Positions 42,001 through 51,971 of a stretch of 64,000 nucleotides of DNA are shown here, piece by piece. Numbering within the stretch: position 1 is the first letter of the stretch; each line of letters begins with the position of its first letter. The notes beneath the pieces were generated by a model. It did not search any database and was not told where the DNA came from. It worked only from the letters and a program-made list of their open reading frames with translations. The DNA comes from an uncultured Chloroflexota bacterium (GTDB taxonomy: Bacteria > Chloroflexota > Dehalococcoidia > Lucifugimonadales > GCA-002694895): positions 578 through 64,577 of the forward strand of contig CAJWSY010000004.1 in NCBI GenBank assembly GCA_913045935.1, read 5' to 3'. Both the position numbers and the translations under genes were made by a program.

Positions 42001-43059
42001 ATGAAAAAAATAGCAGTTATTCCGGGCGATGGTATAGGAAAAGAAGTAATAGATGGAGCCGTTAGTGTTTTGAGCAAAGCCTCAGTTGTTTTGTATAAAG
42101 AAAATGTATTTAAATTCAACTATTTTGATTGGGGATCAGAATATTATATTAGAAATGGACAGATGATGCCGGGCGATGCTTTGGATCAGCTTTCTGAGTT
42201 TGACTCTATATTACTTGGAGCAATTGGGCATCCATCAGTTCCTGATCATATAACTCTTAATGGACTATTGCTACCGATAAGGCGAAAATTTGATCAGTAT
42301 GTATCTGTTAGGCCAAGTTATTTATGGAAAGGAACTAATAGTGTTTTAAAAAACAATAATGATTTAGATTTTGTTATTATCAGAGAAAATTCAGAAGGTG
42401 AGTATGCAAACTTAGGCGGATTTGTTCATCTTGATAATGATTATGCAACTTCAATTCAAACAGCTTTATTTACTAAGCAAGGATGTTTAAGAATAATTAA
42501 ATATGCTTTTGAGTATGCTAAACAAAGAGGTAATAAATCAAAAGTAACGTCTATTACTAAATCAAATGCACAAGCTTATGGCATGGTTATGTGGGATAAT
42601 TGTTTTAAAGAAGTATCTAAGGATTATCCTGATATTGAAACAGAATCATTGTTAGTTGATGCTGCTTGTATGGATATGGTTAGAAGACCAGAAACGTTTG
42701 ACGTTATTGTTGCGAGTAATTTATTTGGAGATATTTTAAGTGATTTAGGTGCTGGAATTACGGGAGGTATGGGAGTAGCACCTAGCTCAAATATCAATCC
42801 TGATTTAGCTGTTCCTTCGATGTTTGAGCCTGTTCATGGAAGTGCGCCTGATATAACTGGTCAAGGAATTGCAAACCCTCTTGCATCCATTCTATCAGCA
42901 GCTATGATGTCGGATTATTTAGATTATAAAGAAATAAACAATTTAATAAGAAAATCTGTACAACAATCAATCTTAGATAAAATTTTAACTAAAGATTTAG
43001 GAGGAACAAATTCTACAGAAGAAGTCATAAAAGGTGTAGAATATAATTTGGAAAATTAA
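42001..43059 (+). CDS. isocitrate/isopropylmalate dehydrogenase family enzyme, tartrate dehydrogenase / D-malate dehydrogenase (decarboxylating)-like
   Basis: IPGDGIGKEV, FDWGSEYY, VPDHITLNGLLLPIR, ITKSNAQ.YGMVMWD and SMFEPVHGSAPDITGQGIANP resemble, from memory, TtuC-type rather than LeuB-type members. Confidence 0.7.
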   Translation: MKKIAVIPGDGIGKEVIDGAVSVLSKASVVLYKENVFKFNYFDWGSEYYIRNGQMMPGDALDQLSEFDSILLGAIGHPSVPDHITLNGLLLPIRRKFDQYVSVRPSYLWKGTNSVLKNNNDLDFVIIRENSEGEYANLGGFVHLDNDYATSIQTALFTKQGCLRIIKYAFEYAKQRGNKSKVTSITKSNAQAYGMVMWDNCFKEVSKDYPDIETESLLVDAACMDMVRRPETFDVIVASNLFGDILSDLGAGITGGMGVAPSSNINPDLAVPSMFEPVHGSAPDITGQGIANPLASILSAAMMSDYLDYKEINNLIRKSVQQSILDKILTKDLGGTNSTEEVIKGVEYNLEN

Positions 43060-43077
43060 TTTATTGGGGAAATTTAA

Positions 43078-45528
43078 TTGAAAGAAATTTATAATCACTC
43101 AAAAATTGAATCGAAATGGCAAATTAAATGGGAAAAAGATGGCATTTATAATGCTAATGACGAAATAGAGGGTAAGAAAAATTATTATGCATTGACAATG
43201 TTTCCTTACCCTTCAGGTGATTTACATATGGGACATTGGTATGCTTTTGCTCCTGCAGATGCCCATGCCAGATTTAAAAGGATGGAAGGTTACAATGTGA
43301 TGCATCCGCAAGGATTTGATTCTTTTGGACTTCCAGCAGAAAATGCAGCTATAGAGCGAGCTGAGGATCCTAAAAAATGGACTTATGATAATATCAATAA
43401 TTTTCGTAGACAATTTAGAGAAATGGGAACTTCTTATGATTGGAATCGTGAGCTGATTACTTCTGATTCTAATTATTACAAATGGAATCAATATTTTTTT
43501 CTACAATTTTATAAAAACGGACTGGCATACAGAGAACATGGACAAGCTAATTGGTGCCCTAGATGTAAAACTACCCTTGCAAATGAACAGGTCAAAGATG
43601 GATCATGCGAGAGATGCGATTCAAATGTTTCGAAAAAAGCACTTCCACAATGGTTTTTTGCTATAACTAAATATGCAGAAGAATTGCTTGAAATGGATAA
43701 CATTGAATGGCCAGAAAAAATTAAAACTATGCAAAAAAATTGGATAGGCAAATCTGAAGGTACTACGATATCATTTAGTATTGATGATTATGTCAAAAAT
43801 GAATTTATAGAAACTTTCACAACAAGAATTGATACAATTTATGGTGTTACATTTTTAGTATTGTCACCTGAACACTCTTTAGTTGATAAAATTGTACAAC
43901 CCGAATATGCAGATCAGGTAAAAGAATATGTTTATAATGCTAGCAGGCAAACAGAAATAGAAAGAACTTCAACCGAGAAGATTAAAACCGGTGTTCCCAC
44001 TGGAGCTTTTTGTAAGAATCCTATGAATGGAGAAAAAATTCCGATATTTGTTGGTGATTATGTTTTGTCTACTTATGGCACAGGGGCAGTGATGGGTGTT
44101 CCCGCACATGATACAAGAGATTTTGATTTCGCTAAAAAATATAATTTACCAATAAAAGTTGTAATTGCTCCTAAAGATTGGAATGGAGATGAATTAAACC
44201 AAGCTATTGTTACTGATGGTTGTCAGATTAATTCTGAAGAATTTAATGATTTAAATAATAATGATGCCAAGGAGTTAATCAACGAAAAAATTGAAAAAAA
44301 TAATTTTGGATATAAATCTGTAACTTATCATTTAAGAGATTGGTTAGTTTCAAGACAAAGATACTGGGGAACACCTATTCCAATAATTTACTGTAATGAT
44401 TGCGGCACTGTACCTGTTCCAGAATCGGATTTACCGGTTTTATTACCTGAAAATGTAAAATTTGATTCAGATGGTAAATCTCCATTAACTAAATTAGAAT
44501 CGTTTATAAATACTAATTGTCCTAATTGCGGTATTGAAGCTCGTAGGGAAACAGATACACTTGATACTTTTGTTTGTTCATCTTGGTATCATTTACGTTT
44601 TGCAAGCCCATCTACCAACCTTCAAGATAAGCCATTTGATAATAACAAAATATTATCATGGTTGCCTGTAACGCATTACATGGGAGGAGCTGAACATGCA
44701 GTTATGCATCTGTTGTATGCTAGATTTTTTAATAAAGCATTGAGAGATCTTGGTTATTTAGAATTTAGTGAGCCATATTCAAAACTTACTAATCAAGGGA
44801 TGTTGATTAAAGAACACAAAAAAATTTCAAAACGATCTAACCCCTTAACTCCTGACCCTATAGTAAAAAAATTTGGAGCTGATACATTAAGATGTTATTT
44901 GATGTTTTTAGGCCCGTGGGATCAAGGAGGCGATTGGTCTGATTCAGGAATCAACGGAATCAGGCGTTGGTTTGTAAAAATATTTGATTTGGTCAACAAA
45001 GACTATAATGTATTACAATACAATGGCTCAACTAACGAAAATAAAGAACTTATAAGGTTGTCAAATATAATTACAAAGAAAGTTATCTCTGATATGGAAT
45101 TATCCAAATTTAATACAGCTATCGCATCTCTTATGGAATATGTATCAGAACTTTCCAAAGCTTATCAATCAATGCAGATATCTCAAAAACTTTGGAAAGA
45201 CTCTATTGATAGGCTTCTTTTACATTTAGCTCCTTTGGCTCCACATATTGCAGAAGAGTTATGGCAGATTGCAGGCAATGATTATTCAATTCATCAACAA
45301 GAAATTCCAACTTATGATGAATCCTTGTTAACTTCTGATAATGTTAAATTGATTTTGCAAGTAAATGGCAAAATAAGAGACACGTTAGATATTCAAATAG
45401 ATTTGTCTGAATCAGAAATAGAAGAATTGGCATTAAAATCACAAAATCTAAATAAACATATAAAAGATAAAGAAATCATAAAAAAAATACATGTAAAAAA
45501 TAAATTACTTAATTTAGTTGTAAAATAA
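43078..45528 (+). CDS. leuS: leucine--tRNA ligase
   Basis: MFPYPSGDLHMGH (HIGH), editing-domain blocks (TTRIDTIYG, GTGAVMGVPAHD), RDWLVSRQRYWG, KISKR (KMSKS variant). TTG start. Confidence 0.95.
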   Translation: MKEIYNHSKIESKWQIKWEKDGIYNANDEIEGKKNYYALTMFPYPSGDLHMGHWYAFAPADAHARFKRMEGYNVMHPQGFDSFGLPAENAAIERAEDPKKWTYDNINNFRRQFREMGTSYDWNRELITSDSNYYKWNQYFFLQFYKNGLAYREHGQANWCPRCKTTLANEQVKDGSCERCDSNVSKKALPQWFFAITKYAEELLEMDNIEWPEKIKTMQKNWIGKSEGTTISFSIDDYVKNEFIETFTTRIDTIYGVTFLVLSPEHSLVDKIVQPEYADQVKEYVYNASRQTEIERTSTEKIKTGVPTGAFCKNPMNGEKIPIFVGDYVLSTYGTGAVMGVPAHDTRDFDFAKKYNLPIKVVIAPKDWNGDELNQAIVTDGCQINSEEFNDLNNNDAKELINEKIEKNNFGYKSVTYHLRDWLVSRQRYWGTPIPIIYCNDCGTVPVPESDLPVLLPENVKFDSDGKSPLTKLESFINTNCPNCGIEARRETDTLDTFVCSSWYHLRFASPSTNLQDKPFDNNKILSWLPVTHYMGGAEHAVMHLLYARFFNKALRDLGYLEFSEPYSKLTNQGMLIKEHKKISKRSNPLTPDPIVKKFGADTLRCYLMFLGPWDQGGDWSDSGINGIRRWFVKIFDLVNKDYNVLQYNGSTNENKELIRLSNIITKKVISDMELSKFNTAIASLMEYVSELSKAYQSMQISQKLWKDSIDRLLLHLAPLAPHIAEELWQIAGNDYSIHQQEIPTYDESLLTSDNVKLILQVNGKIRDTLDIQIDLSESEIEELALKSQNLNKHIKDKEIIKKIHVKNKLLNLVVK

Positions 45529-45540
45529 TAAGGAGTTGTT

Positions 45541-46638
45541 TTGAGTTATATAGCAGTTTTACCAGGTGACGGAATAGGCGCTGAGGTAATTAATGAGTCT
45601 TTAAAAGTTTTAAATGCTGTCGAGCAAATATCAGGAAAAAAATATGAAATAAGAAAAGGAGATGTTGGAGGTGGCGCTTATGATAAATATGGAGACCCAC
45701 TTCCTTCTCAAACCATGGAATTAATTGAAAATTGTAATTCTGTATTATTTGGCGCTGTTGGTGGGCCTAAATGGGATAATTTAGATCCTGAACTCAGACC
45801 AGAGATGGGCATATTAAAAATCAGAAAGAAATTAGATTTATATGCTAATTTAAGACCAGTTAAAATATTTGATTCGTTAAAAGAAAGTTCTCCATTGAAG
45901 TATCAACTTTTAGAAGATGTAGAAATATTAATTATCAGAGAACTAACTAGCGGCTTATATTTTGGGGAGCCTAAAACAACTTATAATGATTCTTCTGAAA
46001 GATCGGCTGTCGATACTATGTTTTATAAAGAAAGTGAAATAACTAGAATATTAGAATTAGCGTTTAAGATTTCTCAATCAAATAAATTGAAATTAACATC
46101 AGTTGATAAGGCAAATGTATTAGAAACTTCTAGATTATGGAGAAAAATTGCAGATGAATTATCAGTTAATTATCCTGATGTTCAATGCAATCATATGTTA
46201 GTTGATAACGCTGCGATGCAATTAATAACTAACCCCAAACAATTTAACGTTATTGTTTCAGAAAACACTTTTGGCGATATTCTTACAGATGAAGCATCAG
46301 TTCTATCTTCTTCATTAGGAATGCTGCCTTCTGCATCAATATCTTTTATTCCCGGAGAATCTAATTTGAATAAAAAAAGCTTATATGAACCTATTCATGG
46401 AAGTGCTCCTGATATAGCAGGACTCGGGATAGCTAACCCAATTGGAATGATATTGAGCACAGCAATGATGTTTGAATACTCATATAATGAAAAAGAAATT
46501 TCTAAAATAATTACTGATTCAGTTGAAAAAGTAATTAACGACGGGTTAAGAACAAAAGATATTACTGATTCAGGTAAATTCTGCTCAACTTCTGAGATGG
46601 GTGATGCAATTTACAATCAGATTTTATTGCTAGGATGA
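45541..46638 (+). CDS. leuB: 3-isopropylmalate dehydrogenase
   Basis: LPGDGIGAEV, LFGAVGGPKWD, NLRP, IRELTSGLYFG, NTFGDILTDEAS and EPIHGSAPDIAG blocks. TTG start. Confidence 0.9.
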   Translation: MSYIAVLPGDGIGAEVINESLKVLNAVEQISGKKYEIRKGDVGGGAYDKYGDPLPSQTMELIENCNSVLFGAVGGPKWDNLDPELRPEMGILKIRKKLDLYANLRPVKIFDSLKESSPLKYQLLEDVEILIIRELTSGLYFGEPKTTYNDSSERSAVDTMFYKESEITRILELAFKISQSNKLKLTSVDKANVLETSRLWRKIADELSVNYPDVQCNHMLVDNAAMQLITNPKQFNVIVSENTFGDILTDEASVLSSSLGMLPSASISFIPGESNLNKKSLYEPIHGSAPDIAGLGIANPIGMILSTAMMFEYSYNEKEISKIITDSVEKVINDGLRTKDITDSGKFCSTSEMGDAIYNQILLLG

Positions 46639-47082
46639 CATATTTATTATCATTTCCCATTGCTGTTTAGTAACAGGTTGAATTGATAGTCTAGACCTGT
46701 TTACTAAAACCATGTCTTTTAAATTTGTGTTGTTTTTTATATCTTCTAAGGTAACAATTTTATTAAGTTTTTTTACAGGTTGCACATCAATCATAAACCA
46801 ACGTGGGTTTTCTTTTGTACTTTTTGGATCATAATATTTATTACTTTTATCAAAAGCGTAATAATCTGGATAAGCTTCAGATGATACTTTAGCAATTCCT
46901 ACAACATGAGGTGTTTTTATATTTGAATGATAAAACAAAATATTATCATTTACTTGTACTTTATCTCTAATAAAATTCCTAGCTTGATAATTGCGTATTC
47001 CTTCCCATGGAGTTTCTTTGTCATTAATTAAGTCGTCAAAAGAATAGTCTGATGGTTCTGATTTAAATAGCCAATAATTCAT
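46630..47082 (-). CDS. EVE domain-containing protein
   Basis: MNYWLFKSEP..YSFDDL....W.G.RNYQARNF...M..D..LFYHS is the EVE/DUF55 signature. ATG at 47082 preferred to the upstream TTG at 47094. Confidence 0.85.
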   Translation of the reverse strand: MNYWLFKSEPSDYSFDDLINDKETPWEGIRNYQARNFIRDKVQVNDNILFYHSNIKTPHVVGIAKVSSEAYPDYYAFDKSNKYYDPKSTKENPRWFMIDVQPVKKLNKIVTLEDIKNNTNLKDMVLVNRSRLSIQPVTKQQWEMIINMSS

Positions 47083-47140
47083 ATAATTACCCAAATTTTT
47101 ACATATTATATTGTATTTTCATTAAATATAAAATTATCTA

Positions 47141-47170
47141 TTGTTCAAATAATTACTAGTATGTTATAAT
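47141..47170 (+). promoter_or_regulatory. candidate extended -10 promoter for the small Cys4 ORF
   Basis: TTGTTC (47141-47146), 18-nt spacer ending in TGT, then perfect TATAAT (47165-47170), giving TGnTATAAT. 36 nt upstream of the ATG at 47207. Confidence 0.45.
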
Positions 47171-47206
47171 TTTCACATGTTAAATATTTCACAAGGTTAT
47201 ATGTAA

Positions 47207-47386
47207 ATGGATACAAATACAGATGTTAATGCCAGTAATTGTGTATGTTATTGGATTATAGAAGAACCATCAGGTTCCAAAAGTGTTGGAAGGTGTAAAA
47301 AATGTGGTAAAACCAAAGAGTTTTTTAATTACACTGATACTTCTGTTTGGTCATCAGAATACAATTATGATAATTTATCTGAATAG
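47207..47386 (+). CDS. small (59 aa) Cys4 zinc-ribbon-like protein, below the ORF-track cutoff
   Basis: Hand translation: MDTNTDVNASNCVCYWIIEEPSGSKSVGRCKKCGKTKEFFNYTDTSVWSSEYNYDNLSE. CxC-16-CxxC spacing, AAGGT 9 nt upstream of the ATG, candidate promoter upstream. Confidence 0.5.
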   Translation: MDTNTDVNASNCVCYWIIEEPSGSKSVGRCKKCGKTKEFFNYTDTSVWSSEYNYDNLSE

Positions 47387-48136
47387 GTCTTTGTCCTTAT
47401 CTCGTAGAATTTCAGAAGATCCTTTAGTTGAAAATTCATAACTTAATCCTCTTACTATTACAATTGGAATATTAAGTGTTTTTTTCATTAACACTTCTGC
47501 ACCTCCCGCCAATTCGTCAACAATGCATATATTTGTAGAATTAAGTTTTTCACCATAATTGTCTTTGTTGTTTATATAGTTTTCAAATGGATCTATACCG
47601 AAACTACCAATTGAAATATTTGTTTGACCAATTCTCCATGGCCTGCCAAAAGTGTCACTTATAATCACTCCAATATTTTTTACATCAAGTTTATTTAACA
47701 AATTTTTATGTATTAATTTTGCTGATTTGTCAGGATTCTCTGGTAGTAAAGTGGCATTTGTTTTACCTTTTACATTAGAAAAATCTATTCCAGCATTTGC
47801 ACTGATATGCCCAATTTTATTTTCGGCTATTATTATTCCTCTTTTATGATCCAACTTAACTATAGATTTACTTTCATTTAATATTAACTGAACTAATTTA
47901 GGATCTTTATTTAGAGAAAGTGCTAATTTATTTGCTTCTATAGTTGGAGTTATTGAATTAATATCAACTGTTCTATTTTCTGCTTTAGAGACAATCTTTT
48001 GCGTAATCACAAGAATATCATTTTCCAGGATAGTTTCATTTTGTTTGAGTAGACAGTCTAAAACTAACTGTACAATATCGTCATTAGCTTTTATTTCAGG
48101 CATTCCCAATACTGGGATATATATTACATTATTCAT
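47375..48136 (-). CDS. cofE: coenzyme F420-0:L-glutamate ligase
   Basis: VITQKIVSKAENR, ANAGID.SN and SDTFGRPWR.GQTN..IG blocks typical of CofE / FbiB N-terminal domain. Confidence 0.85.
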   Translation of the reverse strand: MNNVIYIPVLGMPEIKANDDIVQLVLDCLLKQNETILENDILVITQKIVSKAENRTVDINSITPTIEANKLALSLNKDPKLVQLILNESKSIVKLDHKRGIIIAENKIGHISANAGIDFSNVKGKTNATLLPENPDKSAKLIHKNLLNKLDVKNIGVIISDTFGRPWRIGQTNISIGSFGIDPFENYINNKDNYGEKLNSTNICIVDELAGGAEVLMKKTLNIPIVIVRGLSYEFSTKGSSEILRDKDKDLFR

Positions 48137-48201
48137 ATTTTTATTTAACTTATAAGTTTATACTTAATAATTATTTAATATTTGTGTTATAAATAATAGT
48201 A

Positions 48202-49566
48202 ATGAATATTAATAAATCATTAGATATAGTTATATTAGCTGCAGGAAAAGGTAGCAGAATGAAATCTGTTGGATTGCCTAAGCCCTTGCATACATTAAAT
48301 GGGATCCCAATAATTTCTTATTTACTCAACCATTTACCATTATCAATTTTTAGTAATAAATTTGTAGTTATTCCTGATAATAAAAGTAAAATTAAAGAAA
48401 CAGTGTCAAATTTTGATTCTTCTTTTAAGTTTGTTTTTCAATCAGAACCTAATGGTACCGGAGATGCTCTTTTACAAGCTTTAGATAACTTAAAATCAAA
48501 AAATATTATTGTGATGAATTCTGATAACCCTTTAATTACGGAAGAGACTATGTTGAAATTTGTTGATTCTCATATAAATAATCAATCAAATCTTTCAATT
48601 TTAGTTGATAAAATTAGCGATGATATTCCAGGTGATTATGGATTAGTTAAACGTTCAAGTGAAGGCAGCATCTTAGAAATAAATGAAAATTCCAGAAAGC
48701 TTGATTGTATAGACAAAGAATTTAATGTTGGTTTGTATTGTTTTAACTTAAATTGGTTAAAAAGTGCTATACATAAAATAGCTACGCAAAATCAAGAAGT
48801 GTATATTACTGATCTTATAAAAATTTGTGTTGAAGATGGTTATGAAATAAACTCTATATTTCCAGTAACAAAATCAGAATCTCTAGGAATAAATAACAAA
48901 TATGAATTAAGTGTAGCTGAAAACATAGCTCAAAAAAGAAAAAATATGGATTTAATGCTAAATGGAGTTATAATTACAGATCCAAATACAACCTATATAG
49001 ATTTTGATTGTGAGATTGAAAAAGGTACACGTATAATGCCTAGTACTATTATTAAATCAAACTCTAAAATCAAACAAAATTGTTTAATAGGTCCTGATGT
49101 TGAGATAACAGAGTCTTGTATTGCCAATAATACAAATATAAAAAAATCTGTCATTCAAAATTCTACTATTGGAGCAAATGTTAATATTGGACCGTTTTCA
49201 CATATTCGAGACAAATCTGATATTCAAAACAACGTATATATAGGTACAAATGTTGAAGTTAAACATTCATATATAAATTCAGGAACAAAGATAGGGCATT
49301 TTAGCTACATTGGCGATTCTGAAATAGGTGAAAATGTCAATATTGGCGCAGGAACTGTCACGTGCAATTTTGATGGTAAATCAAAGCAGAAAACAATTAT
49401 TATGAATAACGTTTTTATTGGTTCTGGAACAATGATTGTTGCTCCTATAAAGATCGAAGAAAATGCCAAAACTGGTGCAGGATCAATAGTTACTAAAAAT
49501 GTTTCCAAAAACCAACTAGTATTCGGAAATCCTGCAACAAATAAATATGTGGATTGGGATCTGTAG
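48202..49566 (+). CDS. glmU: bifunctional UDP-N-acetylglucosamine diphosphorylase / glucosamine-1-phosphate N-acetyltransferase
   Basis: ILAAGKGSRMKS, GTGDAL, and C-terminal left-handed beta-helix hexapeptide repeats. Confidence 0.9.
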   Translation: MNINKSLDIVILAAGKGSRMKSVGLPKPLHTLNGIPIISYLLNHLPLSIFSNKFVVIPDNKSKIKETVSNFDSSFKFVFQSEPNGTGDALLQALDNLKSKNIIVMNSDNPLITEETMLKFVDSHINNQSNLSILVDKISDDIPGDYGLVKRSSEGSILEINENSRKLDCIDKEFNVGLYCFNLNWLKSAIHKIATQNQEVYITDLIKICVEDGYEINSIFPVTKSESLGINNKYELSVAENIAQKRKNMDLMLNGVIITDPNTTYIDFDCEIEKGTRIMPSTIIKSNSKIKQNCLIGPDVEITESCIANNTNIKKSVIQNSTIGANVNIGPFSHIRDKSDIQNNVYIGTNVEVKHSYINSGTKIGHFSYIGDSEIGENVNIGAGTVTCNFDGKSKQKTIIMNNVFIGSGTMIVAPIKIEENAKTGAGSIVTKNVSKNQLVFGNPATNKYVDWDL

Positions 49567-49635
49567 TAACTATTGGGTTGAGTTTCTATTTCTCATGTGC
49601 TCGAGTTATAAACCGAATTAAAATTTAATCTGTAT

Positions 49636-50466
49636 TTATTTATCTAATGATATTAATAATGGTGCACTAGCAGAAGATCCTTCTCCTCCCGTAGCCAATG
49701 CAGTATAAATACCCGGACTTAAATCCACAATTGATTCCAATTTAAAGGAACCAGAATTATTTGCAGACCCGCCTCCAAGAATTTTATTAGTATCTTTTGT
49801 TAATACTACAGCAATAATAAAGTTTTCATTTGGTATAAATCCTGAACCGTAAGCTACAGTTGATCCATTAGGAACTGCCGCAGCTACTATTAGATTTGCA
49901 TTAGGAGATATAAGATATGGAGGTATTATTTGTTCTGGAATGATTTTTATAGCAGTACTTGATTTACTATTCTCAGAGCCTTCAGCGAGAAGAGTATAAA
50001 TCGTATTGTTAGTTAATTGTGATTTAATTTTTGAGTTATTTGACAGAGGCTTAGTTTTGATAGAGAAAGAACCACTCTCAGTTGCAACTATAGTTCCAAT
50101 AATTACTTTTAAAGTATCTGAAAATTGCATTGAAATTGTTACTGTTTCTCTTGGATTAAATCCAGATCCCCAAATTTCAATTGATTCATTTGGAGTAAAT
50201 TGTTTATTATTTATAGTTATAATTGTAGCTTGAGGCTGAGGAGCGCTTTCACCTGCTGGCCCTTGAATACCAGAAGGACCTGGAGGACCACTGATACCCT
50301 GGATCCCGGGAATTCCCGGATCACCTTTTTCACCTATATTACCTTGTTTACCTTGTGGCCCCACAGGACCTTGAGGTCCTTCACTTGAACAAGCCAAACT
50401 AAATAAAATTGAAAATGCTATTATTGGAATTAAAAATTTTGATAATTTATTTTTTCTTTTAAACAT
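49636..50466 (-). CDS. collagen-like (Gly-X-Y) repeat lipoprotein with two C-terminal head modules
   Basis: Signal peptide with lipobox FSLAC|S. 15 uninterrupted GXY triplets (GPQGPVGPQGKQGNIGEKGDPGIPGIQGISGPPGPSGIQGPAGES). Then two modules of about 90 aa each with GSGF...SGSF...G.YT.LA.G landmarks. Confidence 0.85.
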   Translation of the reverse strand: MFKRKNKLSKFLIPIIAFSILFSLACSSEGPQGPVGPQGKQGNIGEKGDPGIPGIQGISGPPGPSGIQGPAGESAPQPQATIITINNKQFTPNESIEIWGSGFNPRETVTISMQFSDTLKVIIGTIVATESGSFSIKTKPLSNNSKIKSQLTNNTIYTLLAEGSENSKSSTAIKIIPEQIIPPYLISPNANLIVAAAVPNGSTVAYGSGFIPNENFIIAVVLTKDTNKILGGGSANNSGSFKLESIVDLSPGIYTALATGGEGSSASAPLLISLDK

Positions 50467-50560
50467 ATAAATATTATATTACTAGATAATAATTCTATTT
50501 TAGGCATTTCGTTTTGTATTTGTAATTTGTTTTAAGTTAATTATTAGCGTATTTTTTAAT

Positions 50561-50603
50561 AAAAAAGAAGCATTGCTAAATCATTTAGCAATGCTTCTTT
50601 TTT
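50561..50603 (-). terminator. intrinsic terminator (perfect 20-bp stem, A-tract/T-tract flanks, potentially bidirectional)
   Basis: aaaaaagaagcattgctaaa-tca-tttagcaatgcttctttttt lies 24 nt downstream of the stop of the 50627..51109 gene. Confidence 0.8.
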
Positions 50604-50626
50604 TATTAGTTATTAGGATTCTATTT

Positions 50627-51109
50627 TTATTCAGCAGCAGTAACTTCTAGTGCGGCAACTGCTGTAGCACCATTTTCACCGTCAGCAACTAGAGTATAAA
50701 CTCCAGCAGGCCAATCAGCAGCAATGCTTACAGTCATTTTTGCAGCTCCACTTTCATTAACTGAACCACCAACTAAGAATTTGTCCATTCCACCTTTTGC
50801 AGCTATCGCTGTAATAGCAACTGATGATTTTGATCCAAATCCAGCAACCATTATGTGAGTTTCACCACCGGCTGCAGCAGATGTTGCAGTCATTGAAGTT
50901 GATGCACCATCTTGTCCGTCAGCTCCAGGGACACCTTGTAGACCAGGAAGACCAGGAAGACCAGGATCACCTTGCACACCTTGTAGACCAGGAAGACCAG
51001 GAAGACCAGGATCACCAGCAGGACCAGCAGGACCTTGGCAAGCAATTAGTCCTACAGTAAGTACTAAGATAGTAATTGTTGATATAAATGATTTATAAGT
51101 TTTATTCAT
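50627..51109 (-). CDS. collagen-like (Gly-X-Y) repeat lipoprotein with one C-terminal head module
   Basis: Lipobox GLIAC|Q followed directly by about 15 GXY triplets ([45 protein letters not shown]), then an Ala/Gly-rich module of about 90 aa. Perfect SD AAGGAGGT. Confidence 0.9.
   Translation of the reverse strand: MNKTYKSFISTITILVLTVGLIACQGPAGPAGDPGLPGLPGLQGVQGDPGLPGLPGLQGVPGADGQDGASTSMTATSAAAGGETHIMVAGFGSKSSVAITAIAAKGGMDKFLVGGSVNESGAAKMTVSIAADWPAGVYTLVADGENGATAVAALEVTAAE
50932..51016 (-). repeat. 45-nt tandem direct repeat (2 copies, 40/45 identical) inside a collagen-like gene
   Basis: caccttgtagaccaggaagaccaggaagaccaggatcacc occurs at 50932-50971 and again at 50977-51016. It encodes [14 protein letters not shown] twice. 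Confidence 0.9.
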
Positions 51110-51145
51110 GTTTTTTTACCTCCTTAAAACAAATTATAACGAAAT

Positions 51146-51177
51146 AAAAAAAGGAACTTAATTTAGTTCCTTTTTTT
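51146..51177 (-). terminator. intrinsic terminator
   Basis: aaaaaaaggaact-taattt-agttccttttttt between the stop of the 51210..51755 gene and the start of the next gene. Confidence 0.75.
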
Positions 51178-51209
51178 ATTTCTTAAGTATTAATTATACT
51201 TTCAAAAGT

Positions 51210-51767
<558 letters not shown>

Positions 51768-51971
51768 TCATAATTCTTAGAATAATCGTAGAAATAAATT
51801 AATTATAACTTCGATAAAAATCTAAAACTCAGATAAAGTTGATTACAATATGTGAGATAAATAATATGTGTACTGAACAGATCTGTCAACCCTTCTGTTA
51901 AGTTTTTGATAGATAATTTAAAAATTAACTGATTTTTACAGGATTTTACTAATATTTTGTCCGATATATAT

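Noticed and set aside
50824-51060. Plus-strand ORF (78 aa, DQEDQ repeats) and its analogues at 51482..51676 (+) and 51473..51691 (-), all overlapping the collagen-like genes
   Set aside because: These are shadow frames created by the strict 3-nt (and 9/45-nt) periodicity of GXY-coding DNA. They have no RBS, and the collagen frame carries the signal peptide, lipobox, SD and terminator.
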